64,000 bases of DNA. Origin: Methanobacteriota archaeon. GTDB taxonomy: Archaea; Thermoplasmatota; Thermoplasmata; RBG-16-68-12. The notes beneath the pieces are model-generated. The model was not told where the DNA came from. It saw only the letters and a program-made list of their open reading frames with translations, and ran no database searches. Shown piece by piece: positions 27,749 to 37,224 of the stretch; the first letter of the stretch is position 1, and every line of letters begins with the position of its first letter. The stretch covers positions 39-64,038 of the forward strand of contig VBMB01000135.1 of NCBI GenBank assembly GCA_005878525.1. Reading direction: 5' to 3'. Both the position numbers and the translations under genes were made by a program.

Positions 27749-29880
27749 TGCACCCACGTCCCTTCTTTCATGCCCTTGTCGACTTTGAGAGGAGTGCCGT
27801 CCACCGCGAGGGTGGTTCGTGCTTCCCCCTCCGGACTGAGGAAGAGGACGGTTCCATCCGGGCCGACCTGGAGCTTGTACTTCTGAAATTCGGAGAATGC
27901 CAGGATCGGCGCCCCTCGCACCCCGAGGACCTGCGATCCGGCCGGTGCGGCGTCCGGTGGTCGCACGAGGCCGACGTCCGCTTTGTCTTCCCCCGCCAAT
28001 AGCATTCCCCGGCTCTCGATTCCCCGGAGCTTGGCCGGCTCCAAGTTCACGAGGACGACGATTTTCCGACCGCGAAGTTGGTCCTTGGGGTAATTCTTTC
28101 GGATGCCGGCGACGATTTGTCGTCTCTCCCCTCCGATGTCCACTTGGAGGACGTACAGGTTGTCGGCGTTCGGAAGCTCCTGGACATCCGCGATTTGAGC
28201 GACCCGGAGATCGAGGCGGTCCGCGGATGTCTCCTTCGCCTCGCTGAGATCGATCTTGGTGAACAGCGGCTTGCCGACGCGCAGCGCTTGGCCGGCGGGC
28301 ACGTCCTCGAGGGCCCCCTCCCACGTCTGCGAATGGACGTCCGTGTCATATCCGAGCGCCTGCCAGAGACGTGACGAGCTGAAGGGAAGGAACGGGGCCA
28401 TGATGATGGCCAGGGATCGGCTGACCCGCAAGGCGACGTGGAGCACGGTCCCGCAGGCCACGCGATCCTTCTTGACGAGTTCCCACGGCGCCTTCTGGTC
28501 GAAGTACTGATTTCCGAGGCGCGCGAGCTGGATCGCCTCCTTCATCGCGTCCTTCAGGTGAACGTACTCCAGGTTCTGGCCCACCTTGTTCCACTCCTGC
28601 TCGATCGCGCGGATCATCTTCTTGTCCGCGGCATCGAGGAAGTCCGCCGGCGGGACGGCATGGTCGAAGTTCTTGTCCGCGAAGGTCATCGCGCGGTGGA
28701 CGAAGTTCCCGTACACGGCGAGGAGCTCGCTGTTGTTCCGCTGCGCGAAGTCCTCCCACTCGAAGTCCGTGTCCTTGGTCTCCGGCATCGTCGCGACGCC
28801 GTAGTAGCGAAGCTGATCCGGATCGAACCGCTCGAGGAGGTCGGAGAGCCAGACGCCCTTCCCGCGGCCCGCGCTCATCTTCTCCCCGGAGAAGTTCAGG
28901 TATTGCGTGGCCGTCACGTCGTACGGCAGGTCGAGTTTGGCGTCGTATCCGAGGAGGATTGCGGGCCAGATGATCGTGTGGAACACGATATTGTCTTTCC
29001 CGACGAAGTAGTAGTGGCGCGCCTCGGGATCGTGCCAGAAGTCTTTCCATCCATCCGGCTGGTTGCGGCGGCGGTACCATTCTCTCGTCGCGGTCAGATA
29101 TCCCATCACGGCCTCGAACCAGACATAGATCCGCTTCGTCTCGTAGCCGGGAACGGGGACCTCGATGCCCCAGTCCAGGTCGCGGGTGATCGGCCGGTCC
29201 TTCAAGCCCTCCCGGAGCCAGCTCCGCATGAAGGTGAGCACGTGGTGCCGCCAATGTTCTTTGTCTTTCGCGGCCCATTTGGTGAGCGGCGTTTCGAACG
29301 CGCTGAGCCGGAAGAAGAAGTGCTTCGTCTCCTTCGGGATGGGCGTCGTCCCGTGGATCTTGCACTTCGGATCCTTCAGCTCGAACGGATCCAGGAGATT
29401 GCCGCAGTTCTCGCACTGGTCGCCGCGGGCGCGGGGGAAGCCGCAGTGAGGGCACGTTCCCTCGACGTAGCGATCCGGGAGGAACCGCTGGTCCGTCGTG
29501 CAAAAGGGGGAGACCATCACCGCCTCGTAGACGTGGCCTTTCTCCTTCAGCGCAAGGAAGATTTCTTGCACCCACGCCTTATGGTGCGGGTCCGCCGTGT
29601 TCCAGTAGAGATCATAGCGGACGCCGAGCTGCTCGATGTTCTTCAGGTGCAGCGCGTGGTACCGCTCCGCGATGACGTTCGGGGGCACCCCTTCCTCGTC
29701 GGCTCGGACCGTCACCGGGGTGCCGTGCATGTCGCTTCCGCCGACCATGAGGACCTCGTCCCTTTTCATCCGGTGGTACCGCGCGAAAATATCCGCGGGG
29801 ATGAACGTCGAGACCGCGTGGCCGAGATGCCGCGGACCCGACGCGTACGGCCAAGCGACGCAGACGAGGATCTTCGCCAT
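27745..29880 (-). CDS. metG: Methionine--tRNA ligase with C-terminal EMAP/Trbp111-like tRNA-binding domain
   Basis: HIGH-type motif (PYASGPRHLGHA), zinc knuckle CPHCG...CENCG, KMSKS-like motif, C-terminal OB-fold domain. Start at MAKILV. Confidence 0.95.
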   Translation of the reverse strand: MAKILVCVAWPYASGPRHLGHAVSTFIPADIFARYHRMKRDEVLMVGGSDMHGTPVTVRADEEGVPPNVIAERYHALHLKNIEQLGVRYDLYWNTADPHHKAWVQEIFLALKEKGHVYEAVMVSPFCTTDQRFLPDRYVEGTCPHCGFPRARGDQCENCGNLLDPFELKDPKCKIHGTTPIPKETKHFFFRLSAFETPLTKWAAKDKEHWRHHVLTFMRSWLREGLKDRPITRDLDWGIEVPVPGYETKRIYVWFEAVMGYLTATREWYRRRNQPDGWKDFWHDPEARHYYFVGKDNIVFHTIIWPAILLGYDAKLDLPYDVTATQYLNFSGEKMSAGRGKGVWLSDLLERFDPDQLRYYGVATMPETKDTDFEWEDFAQRNNSELLAVYGNFVHRAMTFADKNFDHAVPPADFLDAADKKMIRAIEQEWNKVGQNLEYVHLKDAMKEAIQLARLGNQYFDQKAPWELVKKDRVACGTVLHVALRVSRSLAIIMAPFLPFSSSRLWQALGYDTDVHSQTWEGALEDVPAGQALRVGKPLFTKIDLSEAKETSADRLDLRVAQIADVQELPNADNLYVLQVDIGGERRQIVAGIRKNYPKDQLRGRKIVVLVNLEPAKLRGIESRGMLLAGEDKADVGLVRPPDAAPAGSQVLGVRGAPILAFSEFQKYKLQVGPDGTVLFLSPEGEARTTLAVDGTPLKVDKGMKEGTWVH

Positions 29881-30016
29881 TCGCGGCGGGTCCAAGAAGA
29901 GAGGCTCATTTAAACCATTCGCGGCCGGGGTCTTCCTCCCGTAGAGTGCGGACGGAACCGGTCCTGATTATCACCGCCTGCAAGTCTTGGCGAATAGGTG
30001 ATGGGAGAACACCGCG

Positions 30017-30664
30017 ATGCGCCGGCGACCGATGGGACGTGGTCCAACGGTGTTGCAGCAGCGCGCGTATCAAGACCCGAACTCGCCTCGAGACTTCGAC
30101 AAGCTCATCTCGAATCTGGGGACGATGCCGCGGATCCTCTGTTGGAAGTGCCGCAAGCTCACGCCGTTCGAACTCGATCGATGCGAGCACTGCGGCTCCC
30201 CGTTCGCCGGGAGCACCGGCGGCGTCTACGGAGGCGACCGCAAATCGCGGCCTCGCGCGACGTCGACGCCGAAGCCGTCGTCCGCGCCGCGGAAGCGCAC
30301 GCTCCTCGAGATCGTGGAAGATCTCCGCCACGTCAACGAAGGGACGACGTCCGTCCGCGGACGTCCGCGGGAGAAAGAGCTCTCCGTCCGGTTGTATCAA
30401 TGCCCCACCTGCGGCCGGTTCGTCTCGGAGCAGTCGACCGAGTGCGTCTGCGGTGTCCGATTCGCCCCGATGTCCGCCGTCACGTTCTCGTGTCCGGAGT
30501 GCGGGTCCCGCGTCCCGTCGGATGTCGGTGCATGCCCGGTCTGCGCCCGAGGCTTCGGCCCCTCGGGCGGAGCCAGTGATTACGTGTATGCATGCCCGCG
30601 GTGCGGGGTCCACGTGACCTCCGAGGCGGTCCGCTGCTCCTGCGGAGCCTGGTTCGAGGACTGA
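30017..30664 (+). CDS. Multi-zinc-ribbon protein (five CxxC...CxxC pairs)
   Basis: Repeated C-P-x-C-G motifs; the start may be further downstream (MPRILCWKC). Confidence 0.5.
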   Translation: MRRRPMGRGPTVLQQRAYQDPNSPRDFDKLISNLGTMPRILCWKCRKLTPFELDRCEHCGSPFAGSTGGVYGGDRKSRPRATSTPKPSSAPRKRTLLEIVEDLRHVNEGTTSVRGRPREKELSVRLYQCPTCGRFVSEQSTECVCGVRFAPMSAVTFSCPECGSRVPSDVGACPVCARGFGPSGGASDYVYACPRCGVHVTSEAVRCSCGAWFED

Positions 30665-30772
30665 TTCCTCAGAGTATCAGTTTCGAGAACCGTCCAACAA
30701 GCCCTTTATCGTTCGACCGCGTCGATTCTTCTGACGACGGACCCACCCCCGTCGGAAGGAACCCAACCCACG

Positions 30773-31063
30773 ATGAAACCGAAACGCCCCCGGATGTCCG
30801 GCCGGAAGACGTACTATCTCGTCCTCTGGTGGATGTCCCAGACGCCGTACGCGGCGATTTTCGAGAACCAAGTCGCCGCGGAGGCCGCGGCGAACGTGCG
30901 CAACGCCCTCATGGTCACGATGTCGGGCCGCGACGTCAAGGTGGACCAGGTCCAAGACTGGTACCGCCGCGACGAATCCGGCGCGCCGATGCCCGCGGAA
31001 TGGCGGGACCTCGTCGGGCAGATCCACGTCCCTTGGCTCGCGAAGCCGAAACCGTCCCTCTGA
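30773..31063 (+). CDS. Hypothetical protein
   Basis: 96-aa ORF with balanced composition; no recognisable domain. Confidence 0.3.
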   Translation: MKPKRPRMSGRKTYYLVLWWMSQTPYAAIFENQVAAEAAANVRNALMVTMSGRDVKVDQVQDWYRRDESGAPMPAEWRDLVGQIHVPWLAKPKPSL

Positions 31064-31189
31064 CCGCGGACCGCAGCGGGCCGCACCGCCCCGCGTCCCG
31101 GCAACCGAGCGAGTTCGGATCCGTCTCTATCAATTCGGATAGAGGGGAAGAAACGACTATAGGCTCGTAGCACAGGAACCGGCTCATCC

Positions 31190-31648
31190 ATGGCGTCTTC
31201 GCAAGGCCTCGTCGCGGAGTGCCCGACGTGCAAGTCCATCGTGCCCATCGACGCCCCGGAGTGCCCTCAATGCGGGGAACTGTTCGAAACGGAAGAGTCG
31301 GCCGGGACCACCGCCGCGCCGCCCTCCGCGAGCGCCGAGGGTTCGGCCAACGACGATGACGAGGTCAAAGAGAAGACGGGCTTCCGCGAGAAGTTCCTGT
31401 TCTACGCCGGCATTTTCCTAATCCTGCTCGGCGGCCCGGGGATCGCCCTGGGATCTTGGCTCCACGACGAGCTTCGGATCAGCGTCGGCGAATTCACCGC
31501 GTTCGATGCCTTCGGTCCGTGGAACCGGCTCGTCACCGCGATCGGGCTCATCGTTCTGATTGTCGGCATCGTCTGCTTGATCCTGAGCCTCCGATTCTCT
31601 CGTCCCTCCGACGTCGAAAAGGACCTGAACGCGCTGCGCCAATCGTGA
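31190..31648 (+). CDS. Zinc-ribbon membrane protein
   Basis: N-terminal CPTC...CPQC ribbon, an acidic linker and two TM helices. Confidence 0.5.
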   Translation: MASSQGLVAECPTCKSIVPIDAPECPQCGELFETEESAGTTAAPPSASAEGSANDDDEVKEKTGFREKFLFYAGIFLILLGGPGIALGSWLHDELRISVGEFTAFDAFGPWNRLVTAIGLIVLIVGIVCLILSLRFSRPSDVEKDLNALRQS

Positions 31649-31683
31649 GTTTCGCGCGCCCTCGGTGGGCTCGACCCCTATAT

Positions 31684-31694
31684 CATTATATACC
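31684..31694 (+). promoter_or_regulatory. TATA box (CATTATATACC) for the TRAM-domain gene
   Basis: Strong TATA element about 45 bp upstream of ATG 31738. Confidence 0.45.
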
Positions 31695-31737
31695 GTACAG
31701 CGGATGCGAAACGCGGCGGTGGCAGAGGGGCCACCAC

Positions 31738-31971
31738 ATGGAGTCGTGGATGGCGTATTCGGGGTCTGGCTTCCGACCTTCGAACCTCCCGGTGGAGGAG
31801 GGGAAGGTGTACGAAGCCAAGATCGAAGACATCGGACGGGAAGGCGACGGACTCGCGCGGATCCAGAACTTCGTGGTCTTCGTCCCGGGGACGAAGATCG
31901 GGGACGAGGTCAAGATCCGCATCACGAAGGTCCACCGACGCATGGCGTTCGGAGAAGTCGTCCGCGAATGA
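31738..31971 (+). CDS. TRAM-domain protein (77 aa)
   Basis: EGKVYEAKIEDIGREGDGLARIQNFVVFVPGTKIGDEVKIRITKV is a canonical TRAM OB-fold. The upstream part of ORF 31456..31971 is low-complexity. Confidence 0.75.
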   Translation: MESWMAYSGSGFRPSNLPVEEGKVYEAKIEDIGREGDGLARIQNFVVFVPGTKIGDEVKIRITKVHRRMAFGEVVRE

Positions 31972-32095
31972 TGGCGCGCCGGTGCGGGGAGTCGGGGGAG
32001 GCCGAGCGTGAGCCCGGGCGCGCTCCCGGAGCTTCGAAAACCGTAGAATAAGCTCCTTATAGGCGCCGGCCCCCATCGAGTCCAAGGACGGTTCT

Positions 32096-33169
32096 GTGCT
32101 CCGCTCACGGCAGGTTGTCCTTGCGGCCGCCGCGGCCGGCGCCGCCGCGCTCCTCATCGGTTCCACGCTGGCGGTGCTGACGCTCCGGCCCGCCGAGAGC
32201 GACTCGGACGGAGATGGCATCCCGGATTCGGTCGAGGCGGCGACCCAGCGCAACGTCGTCGCGGCATCGGCCGGGAATGAGTTCTCGATCGTGAGCCGTC
32301 TGGCGAGCGCCCCGTTCTCGGATCAGTTCCAGGTGTCGTACGAAGCCGGCACGTTCTTCGTCTCCTATCAGCGGGCCCGAGGAAGCGACAGCTCGTACCA
32401 GCTCGAGCTGAGGAACCTCGTCGAATGGATGGACAGCAACGGGAACAACCGGATCGATCCGGGCGAGACCGTCGGCGTCGGGACGACGTTGGGGACGACC
32501 GCGTTCGCCAACGCCCCCGTCACGAAGACCCAGCTGGAGAGCGCGGATGGCGGGCTCGTCACCGAGTTGTCGATCCGAAGCACCACCGTGAACATGACCT
32601 TGAACGTCACGGTGGCGGAACGGTTCATTCGCCTGTCCAACCATCGAGTCCTGACTCCCATGGAGGTCAAGCTCGACCTGACAGTCGATGGGGTGACCGT
32701 CTCGCCCGGGGCGAGCCTGGGCCTCGACGTGCGCATCAACACGACGAAGAGCCTCGAGTACGGCAACCGGAGCTGGGATGACGTGAACGAGTTCGCGGAC
32801 GGCGAGGCTGGCATCAACGTGACCGGAGGCCCGGAGGCGAGCCCGGCGACCGTGTTCTTCTCCTGGTCCAAATCGGCGATCGCGGACGGTCTCGAGATCC
32901 CCGTGAGCTACTCGAACTTCTCGACCGGGGTTCCGAATTCCTACGAACTGTACCTGGCCTACTCCCTGACCAAGGCCCGGTCCCCAGTGAGGCTCGTCCA
33001 CGATCCGGTCCTCGGCGTCGATAGCGCCGCGTACAAGGGGGTCGTGACACGTCCGCCCGAGCTCCAGGGGGACCTGGTCCTCTACGCGGGGTCGCTCGCC
33101 GCCGCGGTGATCCTCATCGCGCTCACCGTCATCGTTGCGGATCGCCGCCGCAAGAAACGCGAAGAATAA
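32096..33169 (+). CDS. Cell-surface protein with signal peptide and C-terminal TM anchor plus basic tail
   Basis: N-terminal hydrophobic signal, many NxS/T sequons, C-terminal LAAAVILIALTVIV-ADRRRKKREE anchor. Confidence 0.6.
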   Translation: MLRSRQVVLAAAAAGAAALLIGSTLAVLTLRPAESDSDGDGIPDSVEAATQRNVVAASAGNEFSIVSRLASAPFSDQFQVSYEAGTFFVSYQRARGSDSSYQLELRNLVEWMDSNGNNRIDPGETVGVGTTLGTTAFANAPVTKTQLESADGGLVTELSIRSTTVNMTLNVTVAERFIRLSNHRVLTPMEVKLDLTVDGVTVSPGASLGLDVRINTTKSLEYGNRSWDDVNEFADGEAGINVTGGPEASPATVFFSWSKSAIADGLEIPVSYSNFSTGVPNSYELYLAYSLTKARSPVRLVHDPVLGVDSAAYKGVVTRPPELQGDLVLYAGSLAAAVILIALTVIVADRRRKKREE

Positions 33170-33215
33170 GGCCGGAATCCTTAACACCCGGGCCCTTTAC
33201 GGTGGGGGGCGGTCC

Positions 33216-33485
33216 CCAATGGTGGCCATCGAGAACGTTCTCCTCGCGGCCGAATCGGTCTTCGCGCTCGTGCTCACGGTGATTGCGGTCCTTGCCCTCC
33301 GGAGGGCGAAGGACATGCATCTCGCGTACCTGGCCGCGGCGTTCGGCATCTTTTTCTTGAAGGCCCTCGTGTTGACGATTTCCTTGTTCGCCCTCTCGCT
33401 CCCCTCGGGACAGATCTTCCTGCTGTCCGGATCGCTCGACCTCGTGATCCTCGCTCTGTTCTACGGCTTCACTCTGCGGCGCTGA
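33216..33485 (+). CDS. Small membrane protein
   Basis: Three hydrophobic segments; start taken at MVAIENV; sits immediately upstream of the wHTH regulator. Confidence 0.4.
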   Translation, partial: PMVAIENVLLAAESVFALVLTVIAVLALRRAKDMHLAYLAAAFGIFFLKALVLTISLFALSLPSGQIFLLSGSLDLVILALFYGFTLRR

Positions 33486-33500
33486 GCGCCGCGTGGTCTC

Positions 33501-34049
33501 ATGGACCGGGAGATCCTGTCCGTCAAGACCCGGAAGGACCTGTATGACTTCGTCCGCAAGAATCCGGGTTTCCATCTTCGTGAGCTATCGCGAGCCCTGA
33601 ACCTGTCGATCACCCTCGCGGATTACCATCTCCGGTTCCTCGAGAAGCACGAGCTAATCACGTCCGCGATGGATGGGGAGTACAAACGATTCTATCCGCG
33701 ATCGACGCCGGGTCAGGCGGAGGTCCGCGCCGCCCTCACGGAGGCGGAGAAGCAGATCCTCGCGTTCCTGCGGCAGCCGGTGCCCCTGAAGGTGATCGAC
33801 TTCCTTATGGAACGGGAGGGGGCGACCCACAAGGAGATCCTCGAGCAGGTGCCCGTCTCGCCGTCGACCCTCTCGCATCACCTGAAGAAGATGCAGGCCG
33901 CGGGGATCGTCGAACATGCCGACCGGACCGAGCGCCAGTACCGCGTCGTCGACCCGAAGTCGGTCGCGCGCCTCATGACCGCGTACGAACTGGCGACGCC
34001 GGACCAGGTTGACACGTTCATTCGCGTGTGGGGCGAGTTCCGCTTGTGA
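33501..34049 (+). CDS. Winged-helix (ArsR/TrmB-like) transcriptional regulator with two wHTH domains
   Basis: Two HTH segments (LRELSRALNLSITLADYHLRFL and HKEILEQVPVSPSTLSHHLKKM). Confidence 0.7.
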   Translation: MDREILSVKTRKDLYDFVRKNPGFHLRELSRALNLSITLADYHLRFLEKHELITSAMDGEYKRFYPRSTPGQAEVRAALTEAEKQILAFLRQPVPLKVIDFLMEREGATHKEILEQVPVSPSTLSHHLKKMQAAGIVEHADRTERQYRVVDPKSVARLMTAYELATPDQVDTFIRVWGEFRL

Positions 34050-34056
34050 CGCGATC

Positions 34057-34554
34057 TCAGAGGATCCGCAGGAGTTCCACCGCGACCCACTCGACGAACT
34101 CCTTGTCCGTTGGCGTGAACGCGTTCAGCTGGTCCGAGTCGATGTCGATCTCCGCGATCGCGGCGCCGTCTCGGAGGATTGGCACGACCATTTCCGCCCG
34201 TGTGTTGATGAAGCACTGGAGGTACCGCGGGTCGTCGTTCACGTCCGGCACGATGACCGTCGCCTTGTCCATCACGGCGGCCCCGCAGATGCCTTCGCCG
34301 ATCGGGATGCGCAGGTGCAGGGTCGCGCTGGGCCCGGACCAGGAGGCGAGGACCAGCTCCGATCCGTCCACGTTGTAGATTCCGACCCACGTGTAGTGCG
34401 GGATCTTCCGCAGCTCCCGGCAGACGAAGTCCGTGATCGGCTTGCGTTGGCTTCCGGAGTGGATGATCTTCTCGAGGCGAGCGGCGACCTCGTCGTAACT
34501 GACCTTGCCCTTCTCGCCGGCCATGACTTCGCCGAACTTCCCGACTCCTTTCAT
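34057..34554 (-). CDS. GAF-domain protein (free methionine-R-sulfoxide reductase-like)
   Basis: The W.GIY...L.L....G.....IP.G.GICG.A pattern resembles the fRMsr/GAF family. Start set at MKGVGKF (34554); the upstream part of the ORF is low-complexity. Confidence 0.65.
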   Translation of the reverse strand: MKGVGKFGEVMAGEKGKVSYDEVAARLEKIIHSGSQRKPITDFVCRELRKIPHYTWVGIYNVDGSELVLASWSGPSATLHLRIPIGEGICGAAVMDKATVIVPDVNDDPRYLQCFINTRAEMVVPILRDGAAIAEIDIDSDQLNAFTPTDKEFVEWVAVELLRIL

Positions 34555-34729
34555 CGTGGCGCGCCGCTCCGTCGAACGGCCGAGGTCGCCATAAGGCTTG
34601 CGGAATTTCGTGACAAGGGATTCGCGACCGGCCGTCGCTCCGTTGGAGCAACGACTCAGGACTAGGTTCCGAGCCTCGTTCGAACCGGATGATGAAATGT
34701 TCAAATATCACTGGCCTCTAGGAACGGTT

Positions 34730-34798
34730 ACAAGCATCCCTCCACAACGAGGCCGTTCCCCGGTTTTCTTGAAACGGCGAACGGCCTACCCTTTTTTT
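34730..34798 (+). ncRNA. Candidate small RNA gene A: conserved 29-nt 5' block ACAAGCAUCCCUCCACAACGAGGCCGUUC, hairpin (GGCCGUUC...GAACGGCC), U7 tract
   Basis: A TATA-like AAATATCA lies about 25 bp upstream, and a hairpin plus T-tract terminator-like end follows; a paralogous unit lies 158 bp downstream. Confidence 0.4.
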
Positions 34799-34887
34799 CT
34801 TTCGCTTGCCGGATACGTCTTTCCACGGTCCGCCGAGCGACGTCGGAAAACCGTCTTATAGCATTTGTCCATTGTCAGGTCGCTTAG

Positions 34888-34943
34888 ACAAGCATCCCTC
34901 CACAACGAGGCCGTTCAGAATTCCTGGACGGCCCTTTATTTTG
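34888..34943 (+). ncRNA. Candidate small RNA gene B, paralog of unit A (identical 29-nt 5' block, divergent hairpin, T-rich end)
   Basis: A TATA-like TCTTATAGC lies about 28 bp upstream; the identical 29-mer is followed by the GGCCGTTCAGAATTCCTGGACGGCC hairpin and CTTTATTTTG. Confidence 0.4.
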
Positions 34944-34960
34944 TGGCCCATCTCGGTGGG

Positions 34961-35602
34961 CTAGGCCATCGGCGGGATCTTGATTCCGCGGGTGTCGATC
35001 CACACGCGTCGGCCGTCCACGTTCAGGCGGCCCTCCGCGAAGAGCCGTACCGCGAGCGGCAGGAAGACATGCTCCTGCTCGAGGATGCGGGCGGCGAGGG
35101 TCTCCTCCGTGTCGTCCTCGTGGACCGGCACCGCTTTCTGCAAGATGATGGGCCCCCCGTCCACGGACGCATCGACGAAATGGATCGTGCAGCCGGAGAC
35201 CTTGACGCCGGCGGCGATCGCGTCGCGCTGCGCGCGAGCTCCGGGGAACGCCGGGAGGAGCGATGGATGGATGTTGATGATTCGGTTCGGGAACTCGCGG
35301 ATGAAAGACGCCGAGACCAGGCGCATGAAGCCGGCAAAGACGACCAGCCCGACCTCTTTTGCCCGAAGGACTTTCACGACCTCCCGTTCGAAGCCTTCGC
35401 GGTCCTTGCCGAACGGGCGGTGATCCACGACGACCGCAGGGACTTTCGCGGCTTTCGCGCGTTCGAGCACGGGCGCCCCCGGGACGTTGCAGACGAGGAC
35501 CGCGAGGTCGACGTCCAAGTCTCCGTGCTTGCGCGCGTCCACGAGGCTTTGGAAATCCGTGCCCCGCCCCGAGGCGAGTACTCCGACCTTGGTTCGGCCC
35601 AT
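34961..35602 (-). CDS. purN: Phosphoribosylglycinamide formyltransferase
   Basis: Formyltransferase motifs ([16 protein letters not shown], conserved D). Confidence 0.9.
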   Translation of the reverse strand: MGRTKVGVLASGRGTDFQSLVDARKHGDLDVDLAVLVCNVPGAPVLERAKAAKVPAVVVDHRPFGKDREGFEREVVKVLRAKEVGLVVFAGFMRLVSASFIREFPNRIINIHPSLLPAFPGARAQRDAIAAGVKVSGCTIHFVDASVDGGPIILQKAVPVHEDDTEETLAARILEQEHVFLPLAVRLFAEGRLNVDGRRVWIDTRGIKIPPMA

Positions 35603-35611
35603 CGCGGTCCC

Positions 35612-37147
35612 TCAATGTTTGAACAACCGGATTCCCGTGAACACCATGCCGATTCCGTGCTCGTCGGCGGCTGCGATGACCTCGTCGTCGCGGATTGATC
35701 CGCCCGGCTGAGCCACCGTCGCGACGCCGCCTTTCGCGAGTTCGTCGACGCCGTCGCGGAACGGGAAGTACGCGTCGCTGACCGCGACGCTCCCGCGGGC
35801 CGCGGCTTTCGCCTTGTAGCATGCGAGCATGCACGCATCGACGCGGCTCATCTGTCCGGCGCCGACCCCGACCGTTCGCTCCCCCTTGACGAGGACGATC
35901 GAGTTCGATTTCACGTAGCGGCTCACGAGGATCCCGAACAGGATGTCGCGCATCTGGGCCGCGTTCGGCGACACTTTCGTCACGACCTTGAAGGTCTCGG
36001 GACGCGGGGTTGGAAAGTCCGTCGTCTGGAGCAGGACCCCGCCCAGGACGCGGACCATGTCGATCCCGTGGTCTTTCCGGAACGGTCCGCGAGTCCGCAG
36101 GATCAGGAAGGTCCCCTTCTTCTTTGATTTCAGGAGGTCGAGGGCTTGCGGCTCGTACTCCGGCGCGATGACGGCATCGAGGACGTCCTTCCTCATCGCC
36201 TTCGCGGTGGCGAGATCGACGGGACGATTCAATCCGACCACGCCGCCATAGGCGGAGACCGGGTCCGCGGCATGCGCGAGTGGATAGGCTTCGGCGAGTG
36301 TCGACGCCAGGGCCACCCCAGACGGATTCGTGTGTTTGATCACGACGGCCGCCGGTCGATCAAATTCCGTCGCGAGGCGCAACGCCGCATCGAGGTCGAT
36401 CAGGTTGTTGTACGACAGCTCCTTCCCCTGCAACTTCTCCGCGGTCGCCGTCGCGGCGAACGGGAAGGGCTCATGGTACAGAGCCGCCTTCTGATACGGG
36501 TTCTCCCCATAGCGGAGGTCACCGACTTTGTCGTACGCCAGGCGCAGCGCAGGCGGGAGCGCGGTCCCTTGTCGCTTCGCGAGGTAATTGAAAATCGCGG
36601 CGTCGTAGCGGGACGTGTACTCGAACGCCTCTATGGCGAGTTCGTTTCGGAGCTTCTCCGGGATTGATCGGTGTTCCCGGAGCGCGTGGAGGACGTCCGA
36701 GTACCGCTCGGGCCGGACGATGACAGTGACCCGCGCGGCGTTTTTCGCGGCGGCCCGGATCAGCGACACGCCGCCGATGTCGATGTTCTCGACGGCCTCC
36801 TCAAACCCGACGTCCGGCTTCGCCACCGTGGCTTCGAACGGATACAGGTTCACGACGACCATGTCGATCGGGACGGCACCCAGGTCCGCGAGGTCCTTCT
36901 CATCGCCGCGGGGAGCGAGGATGCCGGCGAAGATTTTTGGGTGGAGCGTCTTCACGCGGCCACCCAAGCCCTCGTGGAGCCCGGTGTAGTCCGCGACGGT
37001 CATCACCGGGAGACCCGCATCCTTCAGGGTCTTCGCCGTCCCTTCCGTGCCAATCAATTCGAAACCGATCCCGCGCAAGTCCCGAGCGAACTCGACGAGG
37101 CCCTCCTTGTCCGACACGCTGAAGAGAGCCCGGCGGGGGGAAACCAT
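35612..37147 (-). CDS. purH: Bifunctional AICAR transformylase / IMP cyclohydrolase
   Basis: MGS-like N-terminal domain ([15 protein letters not shown]) and the AICARFT domain. Start at MVSPRRA. Confidence 0.9.
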   Translation of the reverse strand: MVSPRRALFSVSDKEGLVEFARDLRGIGFELIGTEGTAKTLKDAGLPVMTVADYTGLHEGLGGRVKTLHPKIFAGILAPRGDEKDLADLGAVPIDMVVVNLYPFEATVAKPDVGFEEAVENIDIGGVSLIRAAAKNAARVTVIVRPERYSDVLHALREHRSIPEKLRNELAIEAFEYTSRYDAAIFNYLAKRQGTALPPALRLAYDKVGDLRYGENPYQKAALYHEPFPFAATATAEKLQGKELSYNNLIDLDAALRLATEFDRPAAVVIKHTNPSGVALASTLAEAYPLAHAADPVSAYGGVVGLNRPVDLATAKAMRKDVLDAVIAPEYEPQALDLLKSKKKGTFLILRTRGPFRKDHGIDMVRVLGGVLLQTTDFPTPRPETFKVVTKVSPNAAQMRDILFGILVSRYVKSNSIVLVKGERTVGVGAGQMSRVDACMLACYKAKAAARGSVAVSDAYFPFRDGVDELAKGGVATVAQPGGSIRDDEVIAAADEHGIGMVFTGIRLFKH

Positions 37148-37224
37148 CCCTATTACCGGGTGGCAATGGGGAGAATGCAATTAAGTCTTCGGTGAGTCCA
37201 GATGACCGCGCGCGGGAAATGCCC

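Noticed and set aside
28346-29913. Several ORFs of 400 to 500 aa overlapping metG in other frames
   Set aside because: High-GC frame artefacts; metG is unambiguous.
34700-34950. Mini-CRISPR array, given the identical 29-bp direct repeats
   Set aside because: There are only two or three copies with very different spacing, no cas genes, and each copy has its own TATA element and hairpin plus T-tract. This fits small RNA genes or a dispersed element, not CRISPR.
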